This document shows positions 1 to 10,060 of a stretch of DNA of 64,000 nt, in pieces. How positions within the stretch are numbered: the first letter of the stretch is position 1; each line of letters opens with the position of its first letter. The stretch covers positions 25,294 to 89,293 of the forward strand of contig JBKHVI010000005.1 in NCBI GenBank assembly GCA_046570105.1. The letters run 5' to 3'. The notes under the pieces were generated by a model. That model was not told where the DNA came from and searched no databases. It saw nothing but the letters and a program-made list of their open reading frames with translations. The translations under genes and the position numbers were made by a program. This DNA is from Bacteriovoracia bacterium. Lineage in GTDB: Bacteria; Bdellovibrionota; Bacteriovoracia; Bacteriovoracales; Bacteriovoracaceae.

Positions 1-358
1 ACGTTCAGCAGGCGCTTATGCTCAGTTGATGGCTAAAGAAGGTGAGTTCGCTCTTCTTCGTTTGCCTTCAGGCGAACTTCGCCGTGTAAAAGCAGATTGC
101 CGCGCGACTATTGGTCAAGTTGGCAAGATCGAACATGAGCTCGAGAAGATCGGTAAAGCTGGTAAAAATCGTCATCGCGGTATCCGCCCAGCGGTTCGCG
201 GTGTTGTTATGAACCCAGTTGATCACCCACACGGTGGTGGTGAAGGTCGTACTTCAGGTGGCCGTCATCCGGTTACTCCATGGGGTCTTCCAACACGTGG
301 TTACAAGACTCGTAAAAACAAACGTACTGACAAGTTTATCGTTAAACGTCGTAAGTAA
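1..358 (+). CDS. rplB: 50S ribosomal protein L2 (C-terminal part, 5' truncated by window)
   Basis: Frame open from base 2 ([14 protein letters not shown]...); [14 protein letters not shown]2 signature. Confidence 0.98.
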   Translation, partial: RSAGAYAQLMAKEGEFALLRLPSGELRRVKADCRATIGQVGKIEHELEKIGKAGKNRHRGIRPAVRGVVMNPVDHPHGGGEGRTSGGRHPVTPWGLPTRGYKTRKNKRTDKFIVKRRK

Positions 359-372
359 GAGAGGAAACAAAA

Positions 373-663
373 ATGGCACGTTCACTAAAGAAAGGCCCTT
401 TCGTAGACACTTACCTCTACGACAAGGTTGCAGAAGCGAAGAAAGATCAGAAGGGCAACAAAGTCATCAAGACTTGGTCACGCCGTTCAATGATTATTCC
501 CGATTTTATCGGTTTGACCTTTGCTGTGCATAACGGAAAGAAATTTATCCCCGTCTACGTGACTGACAATATGATCGGCCACAAATTCGGTGAATTCGCA
601 GAAACTCGTACTTTCAAGGGCCACGGAGCTGGCGACAAGAAAGCCGACGAAGCGAAGAAGTGA
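373..663 (+). CDS. rpsS: 30S ribosomal protein S19
   Basis: [12 protein letters not shown]...KTWSRRS...GHKFGEFA; operon order. Confidence 0.98.
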   Translation: MARSLKKGPFVDTYLYDKVAEAKKDQKGNKVIKTWSRRSMIIPDFIGLTFAVHNGKKFIPVYVTDNMIGHKFGEFAETRTFKGHGAGDKKADEAKK

Positions 664-670
664 GGATTAG

Positions 671-1003
671 ATGATTACAGTAAAAAACAACAATGTTGGA
701 ATCACTGCTCGTAAAGTACGTGGTGTAGCGGATCTTATTCGCCGTAAGAAAGTTGAAGAAGCTCTCAAGATTCTTCGCTTCTCTGAGAAGAAAGAGATCG
801 CCATCATCCTTACTAAGTTGATCAATAGCGGTTTGGCGATTGCTTCTGAATCTAAGAAGTATGACCTCGACAACTTAGCGATCGACGTAGTGAAAGTCGA
901 CGAAGGCCCACAGTTGAAGCGTATTATGCCACGTGCACAAGGCCGTGCTTACCGCATCATCAAGAAGTCTAGTTACATCACTATCGGCTTGAAAGAAGCG
1001 TAA
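671..1003 (+). CDS. rplV: 50S ribosomal protein L22
   Basis: RKVRGVADLIR...VDEGPQLKRIMPRAQGRA. Confidence 0.97.
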   Translation: MITVKNNNVGITARKVRGVADLIRRKKVEEALKILRFSEKKEIAIILTKLINSGLAIASESKKYDLDNLAIDVVKVDEGPQLKRIMPRAQGRAYRIIKKSSYITIGLKEA

Positions 1004-1018
1004 AAGGGGAATACGAAA

Positions 1019-1645
1019 ATGGGACAAAAAGTACAACCTACCGGTTTCCGCCTTGGCTACATCAAGACATGGCATTCAAACTGGTACGTAAAAAACAACT
1101 ACGCCACAATCTTTCAACAAGATTTGGCGATCCGTAACTACATCGATACTGAGTTGGCTCAAGCTTCTATTGCGAAGACTGAAATCACTCGTACGGCTGA
1201 CCAAGTAAAAGTAACTGTTTACTCTGCTAAGCCAGGTGTAGCGATTGGAAAGAAAGGCACAGGAATCGAAAAGATTCGTAACGATCTCAAAAAGATCACA
1301 AACTGCCCTTTATTTTTCAATATTGCTGAGGTAAAGCGTCCGGACGCAGAAGCAAAACTAATTGCAGAAAACATTGCTCAACAACTTGAGAAACGTGTGG
1401 CTTTCCGTCGCGCAATGAAAAAAGTGATGACGTCAGCATTCCGCTCTGGAATTAAGGGTATCAAAGTTAAGTGTTCGGGTCGTCTTGGTGGAGCAGATAT
1501 TGCTCGTACTGAAGGCTACTCTGAGCGCAAAGTTCCTCTTCATACCTTGCGCGCAGACATCGATTACGCCACTGCCACAGCTAAAACAGCCTACGGTATC
1601 ACTGGTGTTAAGGTGTGGGTGTACAAGGGTGAGATTTACAAGTAA
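1019..1645 (+). CDS. rpsC: 30S ribosomal protein S3
   Basis: MGQKVQPTGFRLG...GRLGGADIAR...PLHTLRADIDY. Confidence 0.98.
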   Translation: MGQKVQPTGFRLGYIKTWHSNWYVKNNYATIFQQDLAIRNYIDTELAQASIAKTEITRTADQVKVTVYSAKPGVAIGKKGTGIEKIRNDLKKITNCPLFFNIAEVKRPDAEAKLIAENIAQQLEKRVAFRRAMKKVMTSAFRSGIKGIKVKCSGRLGGADIARTEGYSERKVPLHTLRADIDYATATAKTAYGITGVKVWVYKGEIYK

Positions 1646-1660
1646 GAATCCGAGGTTTTT

Positions 1661-2107
1661 ATGTTGAGTCCTAAGAGAGTTAAATTTAGAAAAATGCAGA
1701 AAGGTCGTATGACCGGCGCTGCTCACACTGGTAACGGTATCACTTTCGGTGACTTCGCCCTTCAAGCGATCTCATGTGGTTTTATCACTAACCGCCAAAT
1801 CGAAGCTGCACGTATCGCTATTTCTCGTGAAACGAAGAAAGGCGGAAACATGTGGATCAAGATTTTCCCAGACAAGTCTCTGTCAAAGAAGCCGGCAGAG
1901 GTACGTATGGGTAAAGGAAAAGGCTCGCCAGAAGAATGGGTAGCCGTTGTGAAGCCAGGTCGCGTTCTGTTTGAAGTGGGCGGTATGAGCAAAGAAGAAG
2001 CTGACAAAGCTTTGCGCTTGGCGAAATACAAGCTTCCTGTTAGAACACGAATCGTCTCAAAAGCCGATTTAGAGCGCGAAGGTCACGTACCTCCGCGTGC
2101 AGTATAA
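1661..2107 (+). CDS. rplP: 50S ribosomal protein L16
   Basis: [11 protein letters not shown]...RMGKGKG. Confidence 0.98.
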   Translation: MLSPKRVKFRKMQKGRMTGAAHTGNGITFGDFALQAISCGFITNRQIEAARIAISRETKKGGNMWIKIFPDKSLSKKPAEVRMGKGKGSPEEWVAVVKPGRVLFEVGGMSKEEADKALRLAKYKLPVRTRIVSKADLEREGHVPPRAV

Positions 2108-2119
2108 GTAGAGGTACAT

Positions 2120-2311
2120 ATGATGAAGTATTCTGAAGCAGCGAAAATGAGCGCGAAAGACATCAAAGAAAAAGTCGCTGTATTGAAGACTGAGATGTTT
2201 AACGCCAAGTTTTCTAAACACACTGTAGGTGTTGAGAAGTCACACACCAAGCGCGCACTAAGAAAAGACATCGCTCGTCTTTTAGCCGCGTTGAACAGCA
2301 AAAAGAATTAA
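2120..2311 (+). CDS. rpmC: 50S ribosomal protein L29
   Basis: 63 aa, LRKDIARLL, position between rplP and rpsQ. Confidence 0.93.
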   Translation: MMKYSEAAKMSAKDIKEKVAVLKTEMFNAKFSKHTVGVEKSHTKRALRKDIARLLAALNSKKN

Positions 2312-2320
2312 GGCGGAACT

Positions 2321-2575
2321 ATGAGTGAAGTAGCAAACAAAACAAAACGCAAACTAACCGGTATCGTAGTAAGCGATAAAGCTTCTAAGACTATCGTTGT
2401 GAAAGTAGAGCGCAAGACAATGCACTCGAAATATCACAAGTTCGTAAACAACACTAACAAGTTCCATGCTCATGACGAAAAAGAGCAGGCTCAAATTGGT
2501 AACGTTGTGACTATCGTAGAGTCACGCCCACGTTCCGCTTTGAAGCGCTGGGAACTCGTTTCGATCGTGAAGTAA
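2321..2575 (+). CDS. rpsQ: 30S ribosomal protein S17
   Basis: [14 protein letters not shown]...HAHDE...[11 protein letters not shown]. Confidence 0.97.
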   Translation: MSEVANKTKRKLTGIVVSDKASKTIVVKVERKTMHSKYHKFVNNTNKFHAHDEKEQAQIGNVVTIVESRPRSALKRWELVSIVK

Positions 2576-2588
2576 GGAGAGGTGCCCA

Positions 2589-2957
2589 GTGATTCAGCAA
2601 CAATCTAATCTTATCGTAGCGGACAATTCAGGCGCTAAAACCGTTCAGTGTATTAAAGTACTCGGCGGATCTAAGCGTATGGCCGCTCACATTGGCGACG
2701 TTATTGTCGTAGCCGTTCAGCAAGCGATTGCTGGCGGTAAAGTAAAGAAAGGCGATGTTAAGCGCGCCGTGATCGTTCGTACTGTTTTCCCTATTAAGCG
2801 TGAAGACGGAACAACAATCAGCTTTGACGAAAACTCATGCGTGATCTTGGCGAACGAAAATGAGCCAATCGGAACACGTATTTTTGGTCCAGTAGCTCGT
2901 GAATTGAGAAACAAGAACTTTACGAAGATCTGTTCTCTCGCTCACGAAGTGCTTTAA
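2589..2957 (+). CDS. rplN: 50S ribosomal protein L14
   Basis: VADNSGAK...[15 protein letters not shown] start. Confidence 0.98.
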   Translation: MIQQQSNLIVADNSGAKTVQCIKVLGGSKRMAAHIGDVIVVAVQQAIAGGKVKKGDVKRAVIVRTVFPIKREDGTTISFDENSCVILANENEPIGTRIFGPVARELRNKNFTKICSLAHEVL

Positions 2958-2967
2958 GGGGAACCCC

Positions 2968-3276
2968 ATGCAGAAGCTAAAATTGAATGACAATGTTGTG
3001 ATTCTTGCCGGTAAAGACAGAGGCAAGTCAGGCAAAATTAAAAACATCAACTGGAAGACAAATCGTGTTCTCGTTGAAGGTATTAACATGGTTAAGAAAG
3101 CCATGAAGCCAACTCAGCAAAATCCACAAGGCGGATTGGTTGATCTTGAGAAAGCTGTGCACATTAGTAATGTTGCAGTAGCTGATCCAAAGTCAGGCAA
3201 ACCTACTCGTGTAAAAGTACAAGTAAAGAACGGTAAAAATATTCGCGTCACAAAGTCTGGCGCGGAAATCAAGTGA
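2968..3276 (+). CDS. rplX: 50S ribosomal protein L24
   Basis: KOW motif VVILAGKDRGKSGKI; VHISNV. Confidence 0.97.
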   Translation: MQKLKLNDNVVILAGKDRGKSGKIKNINWKTNRVLVEGINMVKKAMKPTQQNPQGGLVDLEKAVHISNVAVADPKSGKPTRVKVQVKNGKNIRVTKSGAEIK

Positions 3277-3287
3277 TGGAGTAAAAC

Positions 3288-3833
3288 ATGACGGCTCGTC
3301 TAAAGTCTCTGTACCAATCAGAGCTAAAAAAGAAGATGCAGGAAAAGTTCAAGTATACGAACGTGCATCAGATTCCAAAGCTGGAAAAAATCATCGTAAA
3401 CAGCATCACGCGTGATGCTGTTAGCAACGGCAAAATCGTTGATATGGTTGTTGAAGAAGTAAGCACTGTGACTGGTCAAAAGCCGGTTATCGCTCGCGCG
3501 AAAAAATCAATTGCTTCTTTCAAACTCCGTGAAGGTCAAGCTATCGGCGCCTTCGTAACTTTGCGTGGCGAACGCATGTACGAATTCCTTGATCGCATGA
3601 TCAACTTCTCTCTCCCTCGCGTAAAAGACTTCCGTGGTCTTTCTCCAAAGGGATTTGACGGGAAAGGAAACTATACGATGGGTCTTAAGGAACAGATTAT
3701 CTTTCCTGAGATCAACTACGATCGTATTGATAAAGTTCGCGGTATGGGGATCAGCTTTGTTACCACCGCTGAGAATAACGAAGAAGGCCGTGAGCTATTA
3801 AAGCTATTCGGCATGCCTTTCCGCGAGAAGTGA
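3288..3833 (+). CDS. rplE: 50S ribosomal protein L5
   Basis: PKLEKIIVN...TGQKP...FDGKGNY...FPEI. Confidence 0.98.
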   Translation: MTARLKSLYQSELKKKMQEKFKYTNVHQIPKLEKIIVNSITRDAVSNGKIVDMVVEEVSTVTGQKPVIARAKKSIASFKLREGQAIGAFVTLRGERMYEFLDRMINFSLPRVKDFRGLSPKGFDGKGNYTMGLKEQIIFPEINYDRIDKVRGMGISFVTTAENNEEGRELLKLFGMPFREK

Positions 3834-3840
3834 GGAATAC

Positions 3841-4146
3841 ATGGCTAAACTAAGCTCAATTATTAAGAACAAGAGTCGTGAAAAATTGGCGATTAAGCTT
3901 GCTCCAAAGCGCATTGAGTTGCGTAGAAAAGCAATTGATCCAAAAGCCACTGAAGCTGAGCGCGAAGCTGCTCGTTTAAAACTTCAGTCGCTTCCACGTA
4001 ACGGAAACCTCAATCGCGTACGTAATCGTTGTGAATTGACTGGTCGTTCTCGTGGCGTTTATCGCGATTTTAAACTTTGTCGTAACAAGTTCCGTGAATT
4101 GGCCCTCCAGGGATTAATTCCTGGCGTAACCAAGTCTAGCTGGTAA
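3841..4146 (+). CDS. rpsN: 30S ribosomal protein S14 (long, 101-aa form)
   Basis: [12 protein letters not shown]...LCRNKFRE...PGVTKSSW. Confidence 0.97.
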   Translation: MAKLSSIIKNKSREKLAIKLAPKRIELRRKAIDPKATEAEREAARLKLQSLPRNGNLNRVRNRCELTGRSRGVYRDFKLCRNKFRELALQGLIPGVTKSSW

Positions 4147-4157
4147 GGAGAAAGACT

Positions 4158-4541
4158 ATGATGACTGATCCTATTTCTGACCTATTAACCCGTATTCGCA
4201 ATGCGAATAAGGCTGGGTTAGAGAAAGTTGATATTCCAGCTAGCAAAATCAAAGCTGGTGTTTGCAAAGTTTTGAAAGACGAAGGTTTTATTAAGTCTTT
4301 CAAAATCATTGCGAAAGGCCCTGCTGACATCACCCTTCGCGTTTCGTTGAAGGAAGGTGCTTTAGTTGGTTTAGAGCGTATCTCTAAGCCAGGTCTTCGT
4401 GTTTATAAAGGTTATAATGACATGCCACGCGTTTTGAGCGGTTTGGGTGTCTCTATTGTATCTACTTCGTCAGGCCTTATGTCTTCGCGTAAAGCGAAAG
4501 CCATGAAGCTCGGTGGCGAAGTGATTGCCAACGTCTGGTAA
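4158..4541 (+). CDS. rpsH: 30S ribosomal protein S8
   Basis: MTDPISDLLTRIRNA...ISKPGLRVY...GGEVIANVW. Confidence 0.98.
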   Translation: MMTDPISDLLTRIRNANKAGLEKVDIPASKIKAGVCKVLKDEGFIKSFKIIAKGPADITLRVSLKEGALVGLERISKPGLRVYKGYNDMPRVLSGLGVSIVSTSSGLMSSRKAKAMKLGGEVIANVW

Positions 4542-4552
4542 GAGAGGAAATT

Positions 4553-5089
4553 ATGTCTCGTATTGGTAAACAGCCGATTGCTCTTCCTGAAAAAGTGGAA
4601 ATTAAAATTGCCGGTAACGTTGTTGAAGTTAAGGGCCCAAAGGGTCAGCTTACTTACAAAGTTAACCAAGGCATTAAAGTTGAGAAAAAAGACAAAACTG
4701 TAGAAGTGACTGGTACGACAGATCGTATTGGCCGCTCACTCTGGGGTCTCACGCGCACAATCGTGGGCAACATGGTAACAGGTGTCTCTGTTGGCTTCAA
4801 AAAAGAATTGGAGTTTAACGGTGTAGGTTACAAGGCTGCTGTAAGCGGAACAACGCTTCAGTTGAACTTGGGTCACTCTCACCAAATCGACTACAAGCTC
4901 CCAAAGGGCATTGAAGTAAAAGTTAATAAGAACGTTGTTGAAGTCTACGGCGCTGATAAAGAGCTTGTTGGATTTGTAGCAGCTGAAATCCGCGCATACC
5001 GTCCGCATGAGCCTTACAAAGGCAAAGGCATGAAGTATGTAGGTGAAAAAGTAATCCGCAAAGCCGGCAAAACTGGCGCGAAAAAGTAA
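4553..5089 (+). CDS. rplF: 50S ribosomal protein L6
   Basis: MSRIGKQPI...GVGYKA...EPYKGKG. Confidence 0.98.
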   Translation: MSRIGKQPIALPEKVEIKIAGNVVEVKGPKGQLTYKVNQGIKVEKKDKTVEVTGTTDRIGRSLWGLTRTIVGNMVTGVSVGFKKELEFNGVGYKAAVSGTTLQLNLGHSHQIDYKLPKGIEVKVNKNVVEVYGADKELVGFVAAEIRAYRPHEPYKGKGMKYVGEKVIRKAGKTGAKK

Positions 5090-5107
5090 TTAATTAGGTG
5101 GTGAACT

Positions 5108-5482
5108 ATGAGAAAAGTACTCGGTAAAATTAAAAATCCGACGAAAGCAAAAGAATACCGTCGCCGTCTTTCTATCCGTAAAAAAGTAGAAGGCAGTGCT
5201 GAACGTCCACGTGTTTGCGTAACGAAGACAAATAAACATCTTCGCGTACAAGCAGTGAACGATCTCACTAACGTCACTCTTTTCTCCGTCCAAACGTATG
5301 GCAAAACTAAAGTTGCCGATGCTGGAAACGCAGAAGGCGCTAAGAAAGTTGGAGCTGCAGTAGCTGCTCAACTGAAAAAAGCAAACGTCTCAGTAGCTGT
5401 ATTTGACCGTAGCGGCAAGCAGTATACCGGCGTGATTAAAGTTCTAGCGGATGCAATCCGCGAGAACGGCATCCAATTGTAA
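5108..5482 (+). CDS. rplR: 50S ribosomal protein L18
   Basis: [12 protein letters not shown]...[11 protein letters not shown]. Confidence 0.96.
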   Translation: MRKVLGKIKNPTKAKEYRRRLSIRKKVEGSAERPRVCVTKTNKHLRVQAVNDLTNVTLFSVQTYGKTKVADAGNAEGAKKVGAAVAAQLKKANVSVAVFDRSGKQYTGVIKVLADAIRENGIQL

Positions 5483-5493
5483 GAGAGGCGGAT

Positions 5494-6144
5494 ATGTCAG
5501 AAGAAAACAACAACAACGAAGCAGAAACAACAAATGAAAACGAAGAGAAAAAAGGTCGTGGCGGAAAGCGCGGCGCTCCTCGCGGAAATGATAAAAAACC
5601 ACCTCGCCGTGACGCTGCTCAAGCTCAAGGTGACGGTCCAAACGTTGATCTCGAAGAACGCGTAGTTGCAGTTAACCGCGTTGCTAAAGTTGTGAAGGGC
5701 GGTCGTCGCTTTTCATTCGCAGCTTTGATCATCGTTGGTGATAAGAACGGCAAAGTTGGATATGGACTTGGTAAAGCCAAAGAAGTTCCAGATGCAATCC
5801 GCAAAGCTGGCCAAAAAGCAGCTAAGCGTATGATTAAAGTTCCTATCGAAAACGGTACTGTTCCTCATGAGATCCTTGGCAACTTCGGCGCTGGTAAAGT
5901 TTTGATTAAGCCAGCCGGAGAAGGTACAGGGATTAAGGCTGCTGGTGCATGCCGTTCAATCTTGGAACTTGCTGGTGTTCGTAACGTTTTGACTAAATCA
6001 CTACGTGGTAGCAACCCACACAATATCGTTAAAGCGACATTCACAGCTTTGAAGGGATTGCGTGCAGTTGAAGATATCGCTAACGCTCGTGGCGTACAGG
6101 CTAAAGGCCTACGTGCTCGTGCGAAAGCTAAAGCAAAAGCTTGA
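5494..6144 (+). CDS. rpsE: 30S ribosomal protein S5 with N-terminal low-complexity extension
   Basis: [19 protein letters not shown]. Confidence 0.98.
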   Translation: MSEENNNNEAETTNENEEKKGRGGKRGAPRGNDKKPPRRDAAQAQGDGPNVDLEERVVAVNRVAKVVKGGRRFSFAALIIVGDKNGKVGYGLGKAKEVPDAIRKAGQKAAKRMIKVPIENGTVPHEILGNFGAGKVLIKPAGEGTGIKAAGACRSILELAGVRNVLTKSLRGSNPHNIVKATFTALKGLRAVEDIANARGVQAKGLRARAKAKAKA

Positions 6145-6152
6145 GGTGACCC

Positions 6153-6335
6153 ATGGCTAATAAGCAGATCACTGTTAAATTGAAAAAAAGTGTAATTGCC
6201 TGCACAGAAAAGCAGCAAGCAACAGTCCGCGGTTTGGGATTGCGCCGTATCGGCTCAACTAAAACTTTGGAAAATACTCCGGCCGTTCGTGGAATGATTA
6301 AGCAAGTCATCCACATGGTCGACATCTTGAAGTAA
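6153..6335 (+). CDS. rpmD: 50S ribosomal protein L30
   Basis: TVRGLGLRRIG...NTPAVRGMI. Confidence 0.96.
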   Translation: MANKQITVKLKKSVIACTEKQQATVRGLGLRRIGSTKTLENTPAVRGMIKQVIHMVDILK

Positions 6336-6345
6336 GAGGCTCGAT

Positions 6346-6801
6346 ATGTTGAATCTAAACAATTTGAAAAGCCCAAAAGGCGCCCACAAAAACATCAAGC
6401 GTCTTGGTCGCGGCCAAGGTTCTGGTCAGGGTACTCAAGCCGGTAAAGGTCACAAGGGTCAAAAGGCTCGCAGTGGCGGCGGAATCCGAATTGGTTTTGA
6501 GGGTGGTCAAATGCCCCTATACCGTCGTCTTCCAAAAGTCGGCTTTAATAATTCAGTATTTGCCACAACATATACAGTGGTTAATCTTGAAAAAATCGCT
6601 GAAAAATTCGCTAACGAAGTCGTTACACGCGAATCGTTGGTTGAAAAAGGCTTCTTGAGCGGCAAGAATAAGAGCCTGCCGATTAAGATCTTGGCGAAAG
6701 GTGAGTTTGCAAAAGCTCTTACTTTCAAAGGGATTGAGAAATTTTCTACCAAAGCCCAGGAATTGATCTCCAAGGCTGGCGGAAAGATCGTAAACGAATA
6801 A
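6346..6801 (+). CDS. rplO: 50S ribosomal protein L15
   Basis: RLGRGQGSG...GFEGGQMPLYRRLPK. Confidence 0.98.
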   Translation: MLNLNNLKSPKGAHKNIKRLGRGQGSGQGTQAGKGHKGQKARSGGGIRIGFEGGQMPLYRRLPKVGFNNSVFATTYTVVNLEKIAEKFANEVVTRESLVEKGFLSGKNKSLPIKILAKGEFAKALTFKGIEKFSTKAQELISKAGGKIVNE

Positions 6802-6818
6802 TCCCGTAAGGAAGCGCG

Positions 6819-8141
6819 ATGTCGAATAACGTTTCAAAGCTTGAAGAACTCAAGAAGCGTCTGCTTTTCACCATTATCATGTTGGGTGTGTACCGAGTTG
6901 CGACTCAGGTTCCTACTCCAGGTGTAGATGGTGCAGCTCTCGCTTCGTTCTTTGGTGGAATGAAGGGCTCAGTGTTTGGTGTTTTCAATACCTTTAGCGG
7001 TGGTGCTCTCGAGCGCTTCTCGGTTTTGGCATTGGGAATCATGCCTTACATTACGTCATCGATTATTTTCAGCCTTCTTTCGTATTCAATTCCAGCTCTT
7101 TCTGAAATTCAGAAAGAACCAGATGGTCACAAAAAAATCAATCAATACACTCGCTACGCTACAGTCCTTCTCTGTATTTTTCAGGGTTATGGCTTAGCAG
7201 TCGGTCTTGAGAGTATTCGCAGTCCAAATAACGGCCTTCCAGTTGTTATTGATCCAGGTTACGCCTTCCGCTTCCTCACTGTTATCAGCTTGATGGCTGG
7301 TACAATGTTTGTGATGTGGTTGGGTGAGCAAATTACTGAGCGAGGTATTGGTAACGGTATCTCTCTTGTTATTTTTGCTGGTATCGCTGCTGGTATCCCA
7401 ACTGGTATGCGCGACACATTTAACCTTTTAACTAACGGTGAAATCACTGTGGTTGGCTTGTTGATTGTTCTCGCCATCATGTTGATCTCATTCTGGCTTA
7501 TTATCTATATTGAGCGTGCCTTCCGTAAGGTTCCAGTTCAGTACGCAAAACGTGTAGTGAATAACCGTGTCTTCGGCGGTCAATCAACTCACTTGCCGAT
7601 CAAGGTTAATATCTCAGGTGTAATGCCTCCGATTTTTGCCTCGGCTTTGCTTGGTTTCCCAACAACAGTTTCTCAGTTCATTCCAGCAGACAGCCCAGCG
7701 AAAGACTGGTTCAGCAAAATCGAGCAACTCTTGGCTCCAGGACGCATGCTTTATAACGTCGTCTTCATTGGGTTGATTGTATTCTTTGCTTATTTCTATG
7801 CTTCAATCCAGTTCAAGACTGGTGATATCTCTGAAAACTTGCGTAAGCATGGTGGATTTATCCCAGGAATTCGTCCAGGTGAGCAGACAGCAGATTTCCT
7901 TAATACAATCATTAGCCGCCTCACTCTTGTGGGTGCAATTTATGTGGCTTTGATCTGTCTTATGCCAGCCATTTTGTTTAACTATGCCAAAGTTCCTTTC
8001 TACTTCGGTGGAACGTCACTTTTGATTCTAGTAGGTGTCGCCATTGATACAATGGCTCAAGCCGAAAGCTTCATGATCTCCCAGCGTTTTGACTCTGCTT
8101 ACAAAGTTAGAGGCAAGTTCTCTGGCGCGAAGAGGTTCTAG
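6819..8141 (+). CDS. secY: Preprotein translocase subunit SecY
   Basis: LGIMPYITSSII, WLGEQITERGIGNGISL, FIPGIRPG, GGTSLLI. Confidence 0.98.
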   Translation: MSNNVSKLEELKKRLLFTIIMLGVYRVATQVPTPGVDGAALASFFGGMKGSVFGVFNTFSGGALERFSVLALGIMPYITSSIIFSLLSYSIPALSEIQKEPDGHKKINQYTRYATVLLCIFQGYGLAVGLESIRSPNNGLPVVIDPGYAFRFLTVISLMAGTMFVMWLGEQITERGIGNGISLVIFAGIAAGIPTGMRDTFNLLTNGEITVVGLLIVLAIMLISFWLIIYIERAFRKVPVQYAKRVVNNRVFGGQSTHLPIKVNISGVMPPIFASALLGFPTTVSQFIPADSPAKDWFSKIEQLLAPGRMLYNVVFIGLIVFFAYFYASIQFKTGDISENLRKHGGFIPGIRPGEQTADFLNTIISRLTLVGAIYVALICLMPAILFNYAKVPFYFGGTSLLILVGVAIDTMAQAESFMISQRFDSAYKVRGKFSGAKRF

Positions 8142-8142
8142 G

Positions 8143-8775
8143 ATGCAGCATCTCGTCTTCATCGGCGCTCCGGGCTCTGGAAAGGGCACTCAGGCAGGAA
8201 GATTGGTGACAGAGAAGGGTTGCAAGCACATTTCGACAGGCGATCTTCTTAGAGCTGAAATTGCAAAGGGAAGTGAACTCGGTCAGAAAGTTAAAGCGGT
8301 TTTGGATGCAGGTGCACTAGTTTCTGATGATCTTGTGATCAAATTGATTCATGCAAATGCTGATCTAGATAAGAATAGTTATATTTTTGATGGTTATCCT
8401 CGTAATTTAGCCCAGGCTCAAACCCTTGATCGAGAAGTCCTCAAGGGTCGTAAAAGCCTAGCGGTCTATTTCGAAATCGACCTCCCTAAGTTGATTCAGC
8501 GGCTCACAAACCGCCGAACCTGCAAAGACTGTGGTGCGATTTACAACTTGATTACCCAGGCCCCTCAAAAGGCCGGAGTGTGTGATCGTTGTAGCGGTAC
8601 CAATCTCGTACATCGAGATGACGACAAGGAAGAAGTCATCAAGAAGCGGATGGATGTATTCTCGCAGAATACCCAACCCGTCTTAGATTATTACAGAGCG
8701 GCACAACGTCTTATGACGGTGAACGCGGAAAATAGCATTGAGCAGCTTTACGAACAAATATCTCAGAAGCTCTAA
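8143..8775 (+). CDS. adk: Adenylate kinase with Zn-binding LID
   Basis: GAPGSGKGT P-loop, DGYPR, CKDC...CDRC; start moved to ATG 8143 just after secY stop. Confidence 0.96.
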   Translation: MQHLVFIGAPGSGKGTQAGRLVTEKGCKHISTGDLLRAEIAKGSELGQKVKAVLDAGALVSDDLVIKLIHANADLDKNSYIFDGYPRNLAQAQTLDREVLKGRKSLAVYFEIDLPKLIQRLTNRRTCKDCGAIYNLITQAPQKAGVCDRCSGTNLVHRDDDKEEVIKKRMDVFSQNTQPVLDYYRAAQRLMTVNAENSIEQLYEQISQKL

Positions 8776-8793
8776 CGCGAGGCCGGAAAGCGG

Positions 8794-8822
8794 TTGCCAA
8801 GGAGAAGGGGTTTAGTTATAAA
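8794..8822 (+). promoter_or_regulatory. sigma70-type promoter upstream of infA
   Basis: TTGCCA-N17-TATAAA in the adk-infA gap. Confidence 0.65.
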
Positions 8823-8845
8823 GTCGCTTACTTTTTAGTGGAAAA

Positions 8846-9073
8846 ATGATGTCTGAAGCGCAAGATACCATCGAAGTCGAGGGGCAGGTTCTCGAATTGC
8901 TCCCTAACACTAGGTTTAGGGTGAAACTGCCAAATGGACACGTTGTTTTGGCTCACATTAGTGGCAAGATGCGAATGAATTATATCAAGATCCTTCCCGG
9001 GGATAAAGTCGTTGTTGAAATCAGCAAATACGACTTGGACAAGGGACGGATTATTTTTAGAAGCAAAGGTTAA
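8846..9073 (+). CDS. infA: Translation initiation factor IF-1
   Basis: [21 protein letters not shown]. Confidence 0.98.
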   Translation: MMSEAQDTIEVEGQVLELLPNTRFRVKLPNGHVVLAHISGKMRMNYIKILPGDKVVVEISKYDLDKGRIIFRSKG

Positions 9074-9076
9074 TTT

Positions 9077-9193
9077 ATGAAAGTTAGATCATCAGTAAAA
9101 CCAATTTGTAAGGACTGCAAAGTAGTTAAGCGCAAAGGAACTTTGCGCGTAATTTGCAAAGGCAATCCTAAACACAAGCAACGTCAAGGTTAG
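9077..9193 (+). CDS. rpmJ: 50S ribosomal protein L36 (38 aa, not in ORF track)
   Basis: Manual translation [38 protein letters not shown]. Confidence 0.97.
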   Translation: MKVRSSVKPICKDCKVVKRKGTLRVICKGNPKHKQRQG

Positions 9194-9204
9194 GAGACGA
9201 GAAC

Positions 9205-9585
9205 ATGGCACGTATTTTAGGCGTTGACCTTCCCCGTAATAAAGCGATGAAAATCGCGATCCGCGCTCTTTATGGCGTAGGTCCAAAAATCGGCGCAGAA
9301 GTGTTGGCGAAGGTCGGCATCGACCCAGAAAAAAGCTCTAATGATATCACAGAAGAAGAAACACAACAGATTCGTGCTGCTCTAGAAGGGCACTCGGTTG
9401 AAGGTGATCTTCGTCGTGAAGTTGGCTTGAACATTAAGCGCTTAAAAGACCTCGGTTGCTACCGTGGTATCCGTCACCGCAAAGGCTTGCCTGTTCGCGG
9501 TCAGCGTACCCACACAAACGCACGTACTCGTAAGGGACCTGCAGTGGCAATCGCTGGTAAGAAATCAATTAAGGCTATGAAGTAA
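9205..9585 (+). CDS. rpsM: 30S ribosomal protein S13
   Basis: [10 protein letters not shown]...[26 protein letters not shown]. Confidence 0.98.
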   Translation: MARILGVDLPRNKAMKIAIRALYGVGPKIGAEVLAKVGIDPEKSSNDITEEETQQIRAALEGHSVEGDLRREVGLNIKRLKDLGCYRGIRHRKGLPVRGQRTHTNARTRKGPAVAIAGKKSIKAMK

Positions 9586-9597
9586 TAAGGCGGATAT

Positions 9598-10023
9598 ATG
9601 AGCGAAACTAACTCACAAAAAAATGACAACAACACCAAGAAGCCAGCTGCTGGTGGTAAGAAGAAAGCACGCAAAAACATCTCTCACGGTGTTTGTCACG
9701 TTTATGCTTCTTTCAACAACACAATCGTAACCATCAGCGATGCTGAAGGTAACGCTGTTTCTTGGGCATCTGCTGGTCACCAAGGTTTCCGTGGTTCTAA
9801 GAAATCAACTCCGTTTGCTGCTCAGATCGCTTCAGGTGAAGCGGCTAAGAAAGCTATGGAGCACGGTTTGAACTCTGTAGACGTGAAAGTGAAAGGTCCG
9901 GGCGCTGGCCGCGAGAACGCAATTCGCGCTCTTATGGCAGCTGGCTTGCGCATCACTTCGGTCGCAGACAAGTCTCCAATGCCTCATAATGGTTGCCGCG
10001 CACCTAAGCGTCGCCGCGTATAA
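9598..10023 (+). CDS. rpsK: 30S ribosomal protein S11
   Basis: ASFNNTIVT...STPFAAQ...[13 protein letters not shown]. Confidence 0.98.
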   Translation: MSETNSQKNDNNTKKPAAGGKKKARKNISHGVCHVYASFNNTIVTISDAEGNAVSWASAGHQGFRGSKKSTPFAAQIASGEAAKKAMEHGLNSVDVKVKGPGAGRENAIRALMAAGLRITSVADKSPMPHNGCRAPKRRRV

Positions 10024-10060
10024 TTCTAACGCGTAAAACATTTCTGTAAGGAGTCCGCTG

